Part shown: in pieces, positions 1 to 12,379 of the stretch
Numbering within the stretch: position 1 is the stretch's first letter
Layout: the number at the start of each line of letters is the position of its first letter
Assembly: GCF_001194135.2 (NCBI RefSeq)
Contig: NC_068984.1
Span: 68,375,351 to 68,439,350, forward strand
Length of the DNA stretch: 64,000 nucleotides
Origin: Octopus bimaculoides
Taxonomy: Eukaryota
Direction of reading: 5' to 3'
Position numbers and translations under genes: made by a program
The notes under the pieces: model-generated
Told to the model about the DNA's origin: nothing
Databases searched by the model: none
The model's input: only the letters and a program-made list of their open reading frames with translations

Positions 1-50
<50 letters not shown>

Positions 51-54
<4 letters not shown>

Positions 55-840
55 GGGTACCCAAAAGAAATGGGAATTTTGCAATATAATTTTCATTCAT
101 TTAACTTTACATGTTTACACTTTTATCGCCTTCAAAGTATTCTCCATTTGAAGCAGTACTTTGGTCCAGACATGTTTTCTACTGTCTGAAGCAGTCTTGG
201 AACTCCTGCAAAGAGATGCCTTTCAAAACCTGCGTTGTTTTTTTCTTCACTTCTTCCACATCTGCAAAACGTTTTCCTTTAAGAACTTTTTTCATGCAGG
301 GATACAAAAAAAAAAGTTGCAGGGAGCAAGATTGGGTGAATAGGTAGTGGCGGGGGGTAAGCAGGGTCATGCCATTTTTGGTTAAAAACTGTTTCACACT
401 CAAAGAAGTGTGCACAGACGCATTGTTGTGATGAAACCACCACTCTCTACTTTGTCACAGATCATGGAGGTTTCATCTCACCACATCTCACAAATGCTTC
501 AGAACAGCCAAAATATCTGGTTAACAGTTTAACCAGGAGAAAAAAAGTATGTGTGGACAATTCCTTTCACATCAATGAAATAAACCAGCATCATCTTGAT
601 ATTGGATTTCACTTGATGTGCTTTTGGGGACATGGTAATATTGAATGCTTCCATTGACTTGATTGCTGCTGTGTTTCCAAGTTGTAGCCAGGTTGTAGCC
701 ATAGCACCAGCTTTCATCACCAGTGATGACCTTCGAGAAGAGATCTGGATCATCTTTCAAGTATTCTTTCGGTTAATAATATGCTTTTAGTCATGACTGC
801 TTTTGATCTTCTGTGAGCAAGCAAGGCACAAGCCCAGCAA
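51..840 (-). mobile_element. Decayed mariner (mos1-type) transposon, right TIR plus catalytic-domain half
   Basis: Minus-strand frames give LVPCLLTEDQKQS, DDPDLFSKVITGDESWCYGY (first catalytic Asp), KAHQVKSNIKMMLVYFIDVKGIVH, MKKVLKGKRFADVEEVKKKTT and ASNGEYFEGD. TIR tgaggggtacccaaaa starts at 51 after a TA run. Multiple stops and frameshifts. Confidence 0.92.
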
Positions 841-841
841 T

Positions 842-1045
842 TTTAGTGGGCAAAGTCAATTACATCAACCCCACTACTTGACTGCTATTTATTTTATTGA
901 CCCTGTAAGCATGAAAGGGCAGAATTTGAACTCCGTATGCAATGGGCAGAATTTGAACTCCGTATGCAATGGGCAGAATTTGAACTCAGTATGCAATGAG
1001 TTGGAAGAAATGCCACTAAGCATTTTGTATGATGGATTAACTCTT
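842..1045 (-). mobile_element. SINE-A remnant with a triplicated 27-bp B-box segment (917-997)
   Basis: Matches other SINE-A copies (ttattgaccc, gaatttgaactc, ctaagcatttt); gggcagaatttgaactc(c/a)gtatgcaat occurs three times in tandem. Confidence 0.8.
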
Positions 1046-1382
1046 TATTAATGGTAAGACAGAATAGTCTACCTCTGTATAATACTTCTCTCTTCATCTT
1101 AATTTTATCAAACACGAGTATTTGTCCGCCCTCTTTTCAATGCACACTGTACATCTTAGTTAACATTCACATATCATCAACAATCTCCTATTTTATCATT
1201 AGAAAAGCTTTCATGGAGCCCCTACTGTGTAAAGAAAATACGTTTAAATGCAGGTTAACCTAATTAATGTAAGTGAACCAAAAAGTAGTCTTTAATTAAT
1301 TGAAATTAGCTTAGCATTTGTGGTAATTCTCATGAAGAGACAACTCAAAAAATTTGATTGATTAAAAATAAATGAACACAAG

Positions 1383-1787
1383 TGCAGACATGGCTGCGAA
1401 GTAAGTTTGCTTTCCAACCACTTGATTCCAGGTTCAATCCCATTGCATGGCACCTTGGGCAAATGTCTTCTACTATAACCTCAGGCTGACCAAAGACTTT
1501 TGAGTGGATTTGGTAAACAGNNNNNNNNNNNNNNNNNNNNNNNNNNNNNNNNNNNNNNNNNNNNNNNGTATTTTGTCTGCCGCTATGTTCTGAGTTCAAA
1601 TTCCGCCGAGGTCGACTTTGCCTTTCATCCTTTCGGGGTCGATAAATTAAGTACCAGTTACGCACTGGGGTCGATGTAATCGACTTAACCCCTTTGTCTG
1701 TCCTTGTTTGTCCCATCTATGTTTAGCCCTTTGTGGGGAATAAAGAAATAAGAAACTGAAAGACACCTGTATGATATAAATGTGTGT

Positions 1788-1823
<36 letters not shown>

Positions 1824-1989
1824 ACGTCCCTGTAACTTGGCAGTTCAATAAAAGAGAACTGCTAGAATAAGAACCAGCTTAAAAAAATAAGTACAGGGGT
1901 TGATTCATTCAACTAATTTTCTTTAAGATGGCGCCCAGCATGGCCGCAGTCAAATGACTGAAACAAGTGAATGATTAAAAGATAAAAGA
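1383..1989 (+). mobile_element. SINE-B copy interrupted by a SINE-A1 insertion (1567-1749 visible; 5' part in N gap)
   Basis: B head gcagacatggct...caccttgggcaaatgtcttctactatagcc; after the gap an A1 body (gagttcaaattccgccgaggtcgac...aataaagaaat); B resumes at aagaaactgaaag, then (TG)n and tail cagcatggccgcagtcaaatgactgaaac. Confidence 0.85.
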
Positions 1990-2228
1990 CAAATAATATG
2001 GAGATAGGTGTGAGCTTTGGTTAATACAATGATAATTTTTCAGTCTTGTTAGTCCTCTCAGCCAAGTATAGCCTTACATGTGTTTACCAGACATTTAGTG
2101 GATATAGCTTTAATGTGAAAATAATTCAAAATGATTAGATAATTCAAAACAATGATATAAGTAAGTTTCCCAAGGAAGTTTCTTGAATGAAAATATGTAG
2201 ATTAAGTGCAGGAGAGAAACGAGTCAAT

Positions 2229-3070
2229 CTTTTCTACTAAAAGTATGAGGCCTGAAATTTTGGGGGAGGGGGCTAGCCAATTGCATCAACCCCAGTGATT
2301 CACAGGTACTTAATTTATCGACCCTGAAAAGATAAAAGGCAAAGTCGACCTTGGCAGAATTTGAACTCAGAACGTAATGCCAGAAGAAATGCTGCAAAGC
2401 ATTTTGCCTGGCCTGCTAACAATTCTGCCAGCTCACCACCTTATTAGCTATCATGGGTATCAACTTCAAACATGTTTCATTTATCCTTTAGGCAATCTCC
2501 TCAATGAAACATAATCAGCATATGGATTACTAAAATCACAGAATTAATTAAGGACAATACACTTTTAGTGAGAATTATACTCTGATTAGGAAATTTGAAA
2601 TAATGTTTTTTTTTATTTAGGTACAAGGCTAACAATTTCTAATGGTTGGAGTGGATTGATACCATCGACCCCTGTACTTGAGTAGTACATTTATTTAATT
2701 AAATATGGAAGAATGAAAGCAAAGTAACAAGATAGACCTTGGTAGGATTTGAACTCAGAACATAGAGAATCAAAAGAAATAGTGAAAGGCAATTTTTTCT
2801 TCAATGCTCAAGTGATTCCACCATTCCACCACTTTGTAGAGAAGTTAAAAATAATGGTTTCAAATTTTGTTACAAGGGCAGCAATTTTGGAGGAGGGCTT
2901 GGGTTAATTACATCGACCCCAGTGTTCAACAGGTACTTATGTTATCCACCCCGAAAATATGAAAGGTAAAGTCGACCTCAGCGGAAATTGAACTCAGAAT
3001 GTAGTGATGGTCAAAATACCACTTAAGCATTTTGTCCGGTGCACTAACGATTCTGCCAGCTCGCCGCCTT
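2229..3070 (-). mobile_element. Three co-oriented SINE-A2 copies (about 2229-2443, 2612-2834, 2851-3070)
   Basis: Each has the reverse complement of the A-box region (ctgccagctcnccncctt), B box (gaatttgaactcag) and central aagtcgacct/ggtactta motifs. Confidence 0.85.
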
Positions 3071-3557
3071 GGGGAACTTAAAATAATGACCACAGAATAT
3101 TTCCCCAAAGATATCTGTTGAATGAAAGACATACATTTATGTACCAGTTGGCTTCTATTCATATTTAACCATAAAACAAAAATCACCTATTTTAACACTC
3201 TGTTAGGTTAGTATTTCCTATAATAAGAGTGCCAGGTTTTCCTGGTGGGGCTCACAGGGGATGAAACAAAGCTGGACAAATTGCTGTGCTTAAGAAAATC
3301 AATATAGTGTTTATGAATTTTTAAATTTGTCTGAACCCATGGGAAAGATTATGGATACAAACTCTATTTTGTCTATTCATTATTAAAGACTGGAAATCCC
3401 AAAATTTCATTTATATTTTTCTTTTCTTTTTTCCTTTTGAGGGTTACAGCTTGGTATTTTTTTTTTTTTTTTTGTGGATCCCTGCAGTAGAGGACATCTA
3501 TTTTACAATTCTTTCAACATCAATACTATTCCCTTCTAACACTGTATGCACACACAC

Positions 3558-3996
3558 ATCATCATCATCATCATCATTTAATGTCCTTTTTCTATGCTGG
3601 CATGTGATGACTGGCTCGATTGAAGCTACAAGGCCAGGAGTCACATTAGGTTCCAATAGTCTGTCTTGGTTTAGTTTCTACGGCTGGATACTCTTCTTAA
3701 TGCCAACCACTTTACAGAGTTTACTGGGTGTTTTTTACATGGCACCATTACCAATGCTTATTATGTGGCACCCTCACCAGTGCTTTTTATGTGGCACCTT
3801 GCTTTTAGGATATCAATTCTGTTGTGGTGGGCAGGTCTTCTTGATTACAGCAATGCACCACATATCTCGGTCATTTGTCATCTTCTTCATAAGGATCAGC
3901 ATTTTGAGATCAGTCTTCAGTACTTTGTCCCATGTCTCCTTAGATCTCCGTCTTCCACACTTTCCATCCAATTGAAGTGATTGACACTTCTTTATG
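3558..3996 (-). mobile_element. RTE-type LINE 3' end (ORF C-terminus, 3'UTR, (GAT)n tail)
   Basis: Minus frame IKKCQSLQLDGKCGRRRSKETWDKVLKTDLKMLILMKKMTNDRDMW resembles the RTE GRPRKTW C-terminus; ends in (cat)n on + strand. Confidence 0.8.
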
Positions 3997-4464
3997 TTGT
4001 TTTAAATTCCTTAAACTTTAGGTAAAGCATGAAAGATCTCCATTCGTCTTAATTTCTAACAATGGATTGTAGTTTCCCTCAAGTGCAACCCCATGCAAGT
4101 ACATCAGTTTCTGTGGACCTTTACCATGTGAAGCCCTCTGATGGACATCCCATATGAGACAGAAGCAAAGCAGACCAAAAGCACTGTATGGGGTGACCTA
4201 AAGAAAAGTGTTTAACCATTAAAAATATATTTTAGCCATAAATAGGTGACCTTCACCTATATTAAGCTATGAGATCTATTTGATGATGATGGTAGTCTTT
4301 CATAGTCTGAGAAAGATGGTTCTGCAATTTCTTGATAAACAACCTGCACAAATGATTCGTTTATAGGGACCAAATGTTTGTGCTGTGCTGTGCTTGTGCT
4401 CACTCCCAGCATCAAATTGACATTGTTTGATCAGGTCTATGGTGCACCACAAAGGCGTTGATAT

Positions 4465-5578
4465 GATAAAATAAGTACCAGTTGAACCCTGGACTCAATG
4501 TAACCAACTTAACACTTCACATGAAATTGCCAGCCTTGTGCCAAAATTTCAAAACAATATTTTGACCTTCACCAAGTCTTACATTCTTCCTTCTTAGCAC
4601 TGTTTTGTTTGCTCAAGAATGTCAGGAATTGAAACAACAATTTCACAGTCATGAGTGCAACACCCTAACCACTCAGCCATGTTCCCTCAATGCATTACTA
4701 AGTAACACCCATCAATAATTTAACCTTCAAAGGTGGTGAGCTTGCAGAATCGTTAACACGCCGGACAAAATGCTTAGTGGCATTTTGTCTGTCTTTACTC
4801 TCTGATTTCTAATTCTGCTGAGGTAAATTTCTCCTATCACCCTTTCAAGGTCGATAAAATAATTACCGGTTGAACCCTGGGTTCAATGTAATCAACTTAA
4901 CACTTTNNNNNNNNNNNNNNNNNNNNNNNNNNNNNNNNNNNNNNNNNNNNNNNNNNNNNNNNNNNNNNNNNNNNNNNNNNNNNNNNNNNNNNNNNNNNNN
5001 NNNNNNNNNNNNNNNNNNNNNNNNNNNNNNNNNNNNNNNNNNNNNNNNNNNNNNNNNNNNNNNNNNNNNNNNNNNNNNNNNNNNNNNNNNCCAACTTAAC
5101 ACTTCACATGAAATTGCCAGCCTTGTGCCAAAATTTCAAAACAATATTTTGACCTTCACCAAGTCTTACATTCTTCCTTCTTAGCACTGTTTTGTTTGCT
5201 CAAGAATGTCAGGAATTGAAACAACAATTTCACAGTCATGAGTGCAACACCCTAACCACTCAGCCATGTTCCCTCAATGCATTACTAAGTAACACCCATC
5301 AATAATTTAACCTTCAAAGGTGGTGAGCTTGCAGAATCGTTAACACGCCGGACAAAATGCTTAGTGGCATTTTGTCTGTCTTTACTCTCTGATTTCTAAT
5401 TCTGCTGAGGTAAATTTCTCCTATCACCCTTTCAAGGTCGATAAAATAATTACCGGTTGAACCCTGGGTTCAATGTAATCAACTTAACACTTTACATGAA
5501 ATTGCCAGCCTTGTGCCAAAATTTCAAAACAATGATTTAACCTTCACCAAGTCTTACATTCTTCCTTCTTAGCACCGT
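4465..5578 (+). repeat. ~395-bp tandem duplication containing SINE-A2 and a SINE-D head fragment, spanning an N gap
   Basis: 4504-4906 is repeated at 5091-5490; a third partial, slightly diverged copy occupies 5480-5575. Confidence 0.8.
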
Positions 5579-5790
5579 ATTAATTGATCATTACCTACTC
5601 TTAACAGTCACAATATTAACACTCAGCTTTGAGACATAGAACAATTTCCTGTTTTAAGACAATGCTAGTTAGCAACCACACGTTGTTGATGGTTAGAATA
5701 TTCTATTTCAACTTGACTTTGAGACACTCAATAATATTAAGTCATTCACCGTCTTCCGTTTAAACACTGTACTGGATGATCATCATGTAC

Positions 5791-6256
5791 CTTTTATATC
5801 TCTTACTTGTTTCATTGATTCAATTGTGGCCATGCTGGAGCACTGTCTTAAAGAGTTTCGATGAACAAATTGACATCAGTACTTTTCTGAGTTCTTTTTT
5901 TTTAAAGCCTGGCACTTATTCTATTGGTCTCTTGTTGCCAAACTGCTAAGTTACAGAGATATAAACAAACCAACACCAGTTATCAAACAGTGGTGGGGGA
6001 CAAACACAACATGTGTGCATGCATGCACACACACCCACACACAAACACACACATGTACACACACTCACGCACATGCATTTACACACACAAACACAATGTT
6101 TTTTTTTTTCACTTTTCATCTACTGAATACACTCACAAGGCTTTGGTTGCCTGAGCTACAATTGTAAACACTTGTTATTCAAGGTGCCACACACATTGGG
6201 TCTGAACCCAAGACCACATGGTTGGGAAGCAAGCTTCTTAACCACACAACCTGCAT
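5791..6256 (-). mobile_element. SINE-B, full length
   Basis: Reverse-complement tail (gtggccatgctggagcac), internal (CA)n and head (gggaagcaagcttcttaaccacaca). Confidence 0.85.
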
Positions 6257-6566
6257 CTATACAAAGCCATGCCTGAACCTATGTATGTTTAAATTTCAAC
6301 TATTTTCTATTTTACTGCATTTTCCACTGACACCACAAAATATTTAATTCATAAATCTATTTTAACATCATAAAAGTTTACTTTCATTGTTATTAACCAT
6401 CAGTTATCTTCTCAGTATCATTTACCTGTAATTAACTATCAAGTGTCCTACTTGCTGACACTCAATGACAAAAAAACAAAAGCTCTGGATTTTAGCCTAT
6501 TCCAGTTTTTAACCCACATCTACCTATAAATTCCTTACGTATCCCTAGACACTTATAATTCACATA

Positions 6567-6982
6567 TATGAGGAGGTACCCAAAACTAACTGGAAATGCT
6601 CTCTGTGGGACAAGCCCTTTGTAGTTCAGACTTCTGCTGCTAGAAGCCCCTTGATGCAACCCTCAGATATCAGTTTGCCAACTGGCAGCTGAAAGAACAG
6701 TTGGAAGTTGATCCAGACCATTTTTCGAAGGTCATCACTGGTGACAAAAGCTGGTGCTATGGAATTTGCAGATAAAGAAAAGATGAAGAAAAAAATAATG
6801 GAGGAGTTAAAAGGCATCACTTCGCAAGGGTTCCAGCATTAAACTGAGGAGAACACATCTGGACAGATACATTGCTTTAAGTGGAGAATACTTTGAAGGC
6901 AGTAAAAGGGTAAGCATGTAAAACTAAGTGAATAAAATGATTTTGCAAAATTCTGGGTTTTTTTGCGAGGTACCGCCTCATA
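6567..6982 (+). mobile_element. Internally deleted mariner with both TIRs and TA target duplication
   Basis: ta-tgaggaggtacc at 6567 and ggtaccgcctca-ta at 6969-6982. Encodes EQLEVDPDHFSKVITGDKSWCYG joined to EFADKEKMKKKIMEELKGITSQGFQ and GEYFEG. Its right end is the reverse complement of 51-150, so it is the same family. Confidence 0.9.
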
Positions 6983-7309
6983 TGTATATTTAGCCTACTC
7001 CTAATTTGCTCTCTCACTACAACCATTTCTTTTGTTTCCACTGGCTTCTTTAGGTTTAGTCTTTATCAAAATAAATTTAATGTTCATTCACATGTACTCG
7101 TGTTTTCATTGTATTTTGTTTGGTAAAACCTTTATTGGATTTTCATGCCACACAAAGCACACTTTACATTCATTTTCATAATCACTTTTTCTGATAAAAT
7201 TTTGTTCAAAATTTCATTTGCCAATACTTCAGTTTTTCTCTCACTCAATTAAAATAAAACCCCATCAGAATCATTTAATATTATTCTGCTTAGAATTCTA
7301 TTGAGACAC

Positions 7310-7610
7310 GAAGGCTCGTGGTTGAGTGGTTAGGAGTATTTCGCTCATGGTTGTAACATCATGAGTTTGTTTCCTGGCAGAGCATTGTATCCTTGATCAA
7401 GACACTTAATTTATTTCACGTTGCTCCACTTCACTCAGTTGTCAAAAATGAGTTACACCTGTAATTCAAAAGGCCAGCCTTGTTACATTCTGTGTCACAC
7501 TGAATCTCCCTGAGAACTATGTTAAGAGCATGCATGTCTGTGGAGTGCTCAGCCACTTGCATATTAATTTCAATAGCAGGTTGTTCTGTTGATCAGATTT
7601 ACCAGAAGCC
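7310..7610 (+). mobile_element. Diverged tRNA-derived SINE: D-like core with C-like 3' half
   Basis: Head ggttgagtggttagg; core tccttgatcaagacactt...ttcacgttgctcca...ctcagttg; tail tgtctgtggagtgctcagccacttgca shared with 61623-62003. Confidence 0.7.
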
Positions 7611-7704
7611 TTGTGTAAGTCTATTAAGAATTCTCTCTCTCTCTCACCAACATTCTTCTAGATATTTACCAATGTTCTCTCATGAGTTCATTTTCTCTTT
7701 TTAT

Positions 7705-7933
7705 TTAACTCTTTAGCATTCACTTTATTCTGTCACAAGTAATGCTTATTCATTCAATTTGTTATGAATTTATCATGCATTATCTTATAGCTTTGAGATT
7801 TTGATGAGGCAACAGATAATTTTTTAGAATGACATTGTAGGGTAGACTTGAGAAACCAGATCTGGCCCGTTCAAACATAAAACAACTAGAATATTTTGGT
7901 TGGATATGGCCAGTTTAAAAGATAAAGGGTTAA
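7705..7933. mobile_element. TTAA-flanked MITE (piggyBac-like ends)
   Basis: ttaa-ctctttagcatt at 7705 and gataaaggg-ttaa ending at 7933: short imperfect TIRs with TTAA on both sides and no ORF. Confidence 0.65.
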
Positions 7934-9253
7934 ATCCCATCTTTCCCTCTCATTCTTTATTTTTCCCTATGCACCTCTCTCACTCTCTCTTTCACTCTCT
8001 CTAATATTCTTCTTGTAATCTTTTGGGATCAATTCATACCTCTACTTCCTTCCTTTAATTCAGTCTTTTTTCTATTTAAACCCCTTTATTTCATTTTAGA
8101 GTTCATTGTTTTATCAACCATGCTTTTCTCTACATTTCTCCTATTTTATCCACCTCAGAGTCTTTTATCATTCATATGACCGATCAAACTGATTATGTAA
8201 ACAGAATTCTGAATGGTAGAAAGTGTCTTCTTGTCTCAAGCTCTGATTTTCTGCCTATTCTTGTCGGAACCATTGATATGGAGTATCGAAATTTTAATCC
8301 CTTTCACACTTATAAAATGTCAAGCAAACTTAAAAATTCGTCATTACCGTATTAGCCAGGAGACCAAACTGATAGTTTGGTAACCCACTAAAATAAACAT
8401 TAAATATCGAAAGGAGAAAATAAACAGCTTTGCTTTGCATGTTTAACTCAGTGTTTATTGAACAAGAGAGGTGTGAAATTTAAGAAGTGACTTGTTAGAA
8501 TATACACGTCTGTGAGGAGACATAAACAAGAATAGCAAATATCTACAATGCCAAAAGTACTGGTAATACATACATTATAAGTGTTCTATAAAGAGAACAT
8601 AAGATTGCTGCATAATCCAACATGAAAGTGAAATGGCATTAAACATTGTAAAAGGTAAATGAAGGTTTCTCTGGGAATGCTAAGTCATATTCACTTAATG
8701 AGTTTACATGCACAAGGATAAATTATGATGTCATCAGCGATGTCAGCGGTGATGAATTTCATTGTCCCAATGCAGCGCAAGCGAGCAATAGCTTCCTGGA
8801 GGCAAACACAAGCTAGATTTCTTAAGCGGAGAAAAGCTGATCTATTTAAGGAAATTGCTGGGCTCCATTGCGATAGGTAGACACTCCAAGCAATGTAAAA
8901 TATGGCCTGGACTGTGAATACTAGCATGAGCATCAAACTTCAAAAAATAGTTACCCATTTAATGGTTTTAGTAAATTTATACAGAAAATGTAAGCATTAT
9001 ACTGTCCAGCATAAATAAAAGTCAATTTCATTATATGTTTTTTCAGTAAAAAGCTATTCTGACATTAAATGAGTCAAATTACTGTATGAATGTTTACATT
9101 TGTATGTCTTTTTTCATCCCAAAAAATTTCTGAAACAATTCTAGAAATGATCTACTCATGTAATTAATGCACCCACTAAAATATATTTTTGTTTTTGAGA
9201 CAAAAAGCGAGTAAACTACATGGTTTTTTATGGTATATATATATATATATATA

Positions 9254-9320
<67 letters not shown>

Positions 9321-9631
9321 CTTGTCTTGACATTGCTCTTTGAATCTTCCATGGAGTACATCTCTCCATTGTACTGTTTGTGTTTGAAGAACTAAAGAAA
9401 ATATTACTTTAGTTCAGAATAGATGATGTTTGGTGACAGTAAAAGTGTCTGTCTGTAAAAAAGAAAAAAAACTGATTCAGCAAATTTTGTCTGACGCATG
9501 CAAGTTACAAAATGTGGATGATACAACACTGATGATGAAGATAATAAAGATGATAGTGTATGTGTTTGCATATGCATATATATGCGCCTGTATGTATGTG
9601 TGTGTTTATGTACATATATATGTAAAAATAC

Positions 9632-9670
<39 letters not shown>

Positions 9671-9673
9671 CAC

Positions 9674-9707
<34 letters not shown>

Positions 9708-10382
9708 ATATATATACATATANNNNNNNNNNNNNNNNNNNNNNNNNNNNNNNNNNNNNNNNNNNNNNNNNNNNNNNNNNNNNNNNNNNNNNNNNNNNNN
9801 NNNNNNNNNNNNNNNNNNNNNNNNNNNNNNNNNNNNNNNNNNNNNNNNNNNNNNNNNNNNNNNNNNNNNNNNNNNNNNNNNNNNNNNNNNNNNNNNNNNN
9901 NNNNNNNNNNNNNNNNNNNNNNNNNNNNNNNNNNNNNNNNNNNNNNNNNNNNNNNNNNNNNNNNNNNNNNNNNNNNNNNNNNNNNNNNNNNNNNNNNNNN
10001 NNNNNNNNNNNNNNNNNNNNNNNNNNNNNNNNNNNNNNNNNNNNNNNNNNNNNNNNNNNNNNNNNNNNNNNNNNNNNNNNNNNNNNNNNNNNNNNNNNNN
10101 NNNNNNNNNNNNNNNNNNNNNNNNNNNNNNNNNNNNNNNNNNNNNNNNNNNNNNNNNNNNNNNNNNNNNNNNNNNNNNNNNNNNNNNNNNNNNNNNNNNN
10201 NNNNNNNNNNNNNNNNNNNNNNNNNNNNNNNNNNNNNNNNNNNNNNNNNNNNNNNNNNNNNNNNNNNNNNNNNNNNNNNNNNNNNNNNNNNNNNNNNNNN
10301 NNNNNNNNNNNNNNNNNNNNNNNNNNNNNNNNNNNNNNNNNNNNNNNNNNNNNNNNNNNNNNNNNNNNNNNNNNNNNNNNNN

Positions 10383-10423
<41 letters not shown>

Positions 10424-10429
10424 ATATGT

Positions 10430-10845
10430 TTGTGTGTCTGTGTTTGTCCCCCCAACCATCACTTGACAACCGATGCTGGTGTGTTTATGTCCCGTAACTT
10501 AGCAGTTTGGCCAAAGGGATTGATAGAATAAGTACTAGGCTTACACAGAATAAGTCCTGGGGTCGTTTTGTTTGACTAAAGGCAGTGCTCCAGCATGGCC
10601 GCAATCAAATGACTGAAATGAATAAAAGAATATATATATAGCTGTGTTGTGTGTATATATATATATATGCATATATATATTATGTTTATAAATTATATAT
10701 GACATGTAACAATATATATTTCATATTTATGCACAAGTGCCGGTGTGGCTATGTCGTGAGAAGTTTGCTTCCCACTCGTATGGTTCTGGACTCAGTCTCA
10801 TTACATGGCACCTTGGGCAAATGTCTGCTACTGTAGCCTTGGGCT
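10430..10845 (+). mobile_element. SINE-B tail (10430-10630) and a second SINE-B head (10735-10845)
   Basis: tgtttgtccccccaaccatcacttgacaaccgatg...cagcatggccgcaatcaaatgactgaa; then gtggctatgtcgtgagaagtttgcttccc...caccttgggcaaatg. Confidence 0.8.
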
Positions 10846-11327
10846 GGATGCCCTTCCTAACTACTCTGAATGTGTAATGGGTGTTCTTACGTGCCACTGG
10901 CATGGGTGCCATTTGTGTGACACTGGTATTTACCATGACTGCAATTTTGCTCAGCTTGATGAGTCTTCTTCTCAAGCACAACATAATGCCAAAGGTTCTG
11001 GTCATAGCCTCCACGAGGCCCAACATTCGAAAGGAACTCAGCCACTTTGTCTCTGTCAGGCCCAATGTTCAGAGGTTGATATTTTATGGGCCATCAGCAT
11101 GATTGCACTTGGCCAAAGGTGTCGGTCACTAGTCATTGCCTCTGTTTGAAGATTATGCTTATCTCATGTCTTCCTGGATCTACCTCTACCACTTGCCCCT
11201 TCCACAATTAGAAATCGGCACTTCTTTACACAACTGTCTGCATCTATATGCATCATATGACCATACCAGTGCAGTTGTCTCTCTTGCACACTACATCTGA
11301 TTCTTCTTAAGCCTAACTTTCCTCTCA
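10846..11327 (-). mobile_element. RTE-type LINE 3' end with reiterated C-terminal segments
   Basis: Minus ORF RGKLGLRRIRCSVQERQLHWYGHMMHIDADSCVKKCRFLIVEGASGRGRSRKT; then EAMTSDRHLW, LRTLGLTE and FRMLGLVEAMT segments; 3'UTR motif ttaggaagggcatccagc. Confidence 0.85.
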
Positions 11328-11999
11328 TGCACATATATGCATACATATATACACACACACATGCACACACATATATACATACCTATATATATATATATGC
11401 ATATACATATTTACTTATATATATATATNNNNNNNNNNNNNNNNNNNNNNNNNNNNNNNNNNNNNNNNNNNNNNNNNNNNNNNNNNNNNNNNNNNNNNNN
11501 NNNNNNNNNNNNNNNNNNNNNNNNNNNNNNNNNNNNNNNNNNNNNNNNNNNNNNNNNNNNNNNNNNNNNNNNNNNNNNNNNNNNNNNNNNNNNNNNNNNN
11601 NNNNNNNNNNNNNNNNNNNNNNNNNNNNNNNNNNNNNNNNNNNNNNNNNNNNNNNNNNNNNNNNNNNNNNNNNNNNNNNNNNNNNNNNNNNNNNNNNNNN
11701 NNNNNNNNNNNNNNNNNNNNNNNNNNNNNNNNNNNNNNNNNNNNNNNNNNNNNNNNNNNNNNNNNNNNNNNNNNNNNNNNNNNNNNNNNNNNNNNNNNNN
11801 NNNNNNNNNNNNNNNNNNNNNNNNNNNNNNNNNNNNNNNNNNNNNNNNNNNNNNNNNNNNNNNNNNNNNNNNNNNNNNNNNNNNNNNNNNNNNNNNNNNN
11901 NNNNNNNNNNNNNNNNNNNNNNNNNNNNNNNNNNNNNNNNNNNNNNNNNNNNNNNATATATATATAGAGAGAGAGAGAGAGTGAGAGAGAGAGAGATAG

Positions 12000-12042
<43 letters not shown>

Positions 12043-12340
12043 CAGATAGATAGATAGATAGATATAGATATATATAGATTGATATACAAGACATACATAG
12101 TTTTATGCGTGCGTGTGTGTTTGGGTAATATCTATTTCTAAATCTATTTTTACATTTTCAGTGCTTAAAAAAGAGTGATGTTGCATTTGTGCCCTTTGAC
12201 ATAGTAGTATAATAAATATAAATCAATCCACTAAATACTTGACTTAAAAATAATTTACTGGGTGTGATATGAAGAACTAAAATCCTTCGAGGCTGTACCA
12301 CTGCATATTGGTATTTCAATAACTGAGTCAAAGAGTAAAG

Positions 12341-12379
<39 letters not shown>

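Noticed and set aside
917-997. CRISPR-like 27-bp direct repeats
   Set aside because: No spacers, eukaryotic context, and the unit is part of a SINE.
3451-3975. 174-aa plus-strand ORF
   Set aside because: Antisense to an RTE 3' end and starts from a TTG in a poly-T run.
4125-4175. Hammerhead-like ctctgatgg...gacagaagc
   Set aside because: Both core motifs deviate (CTGATGG, GAAG) and no stems I/III can be formed.
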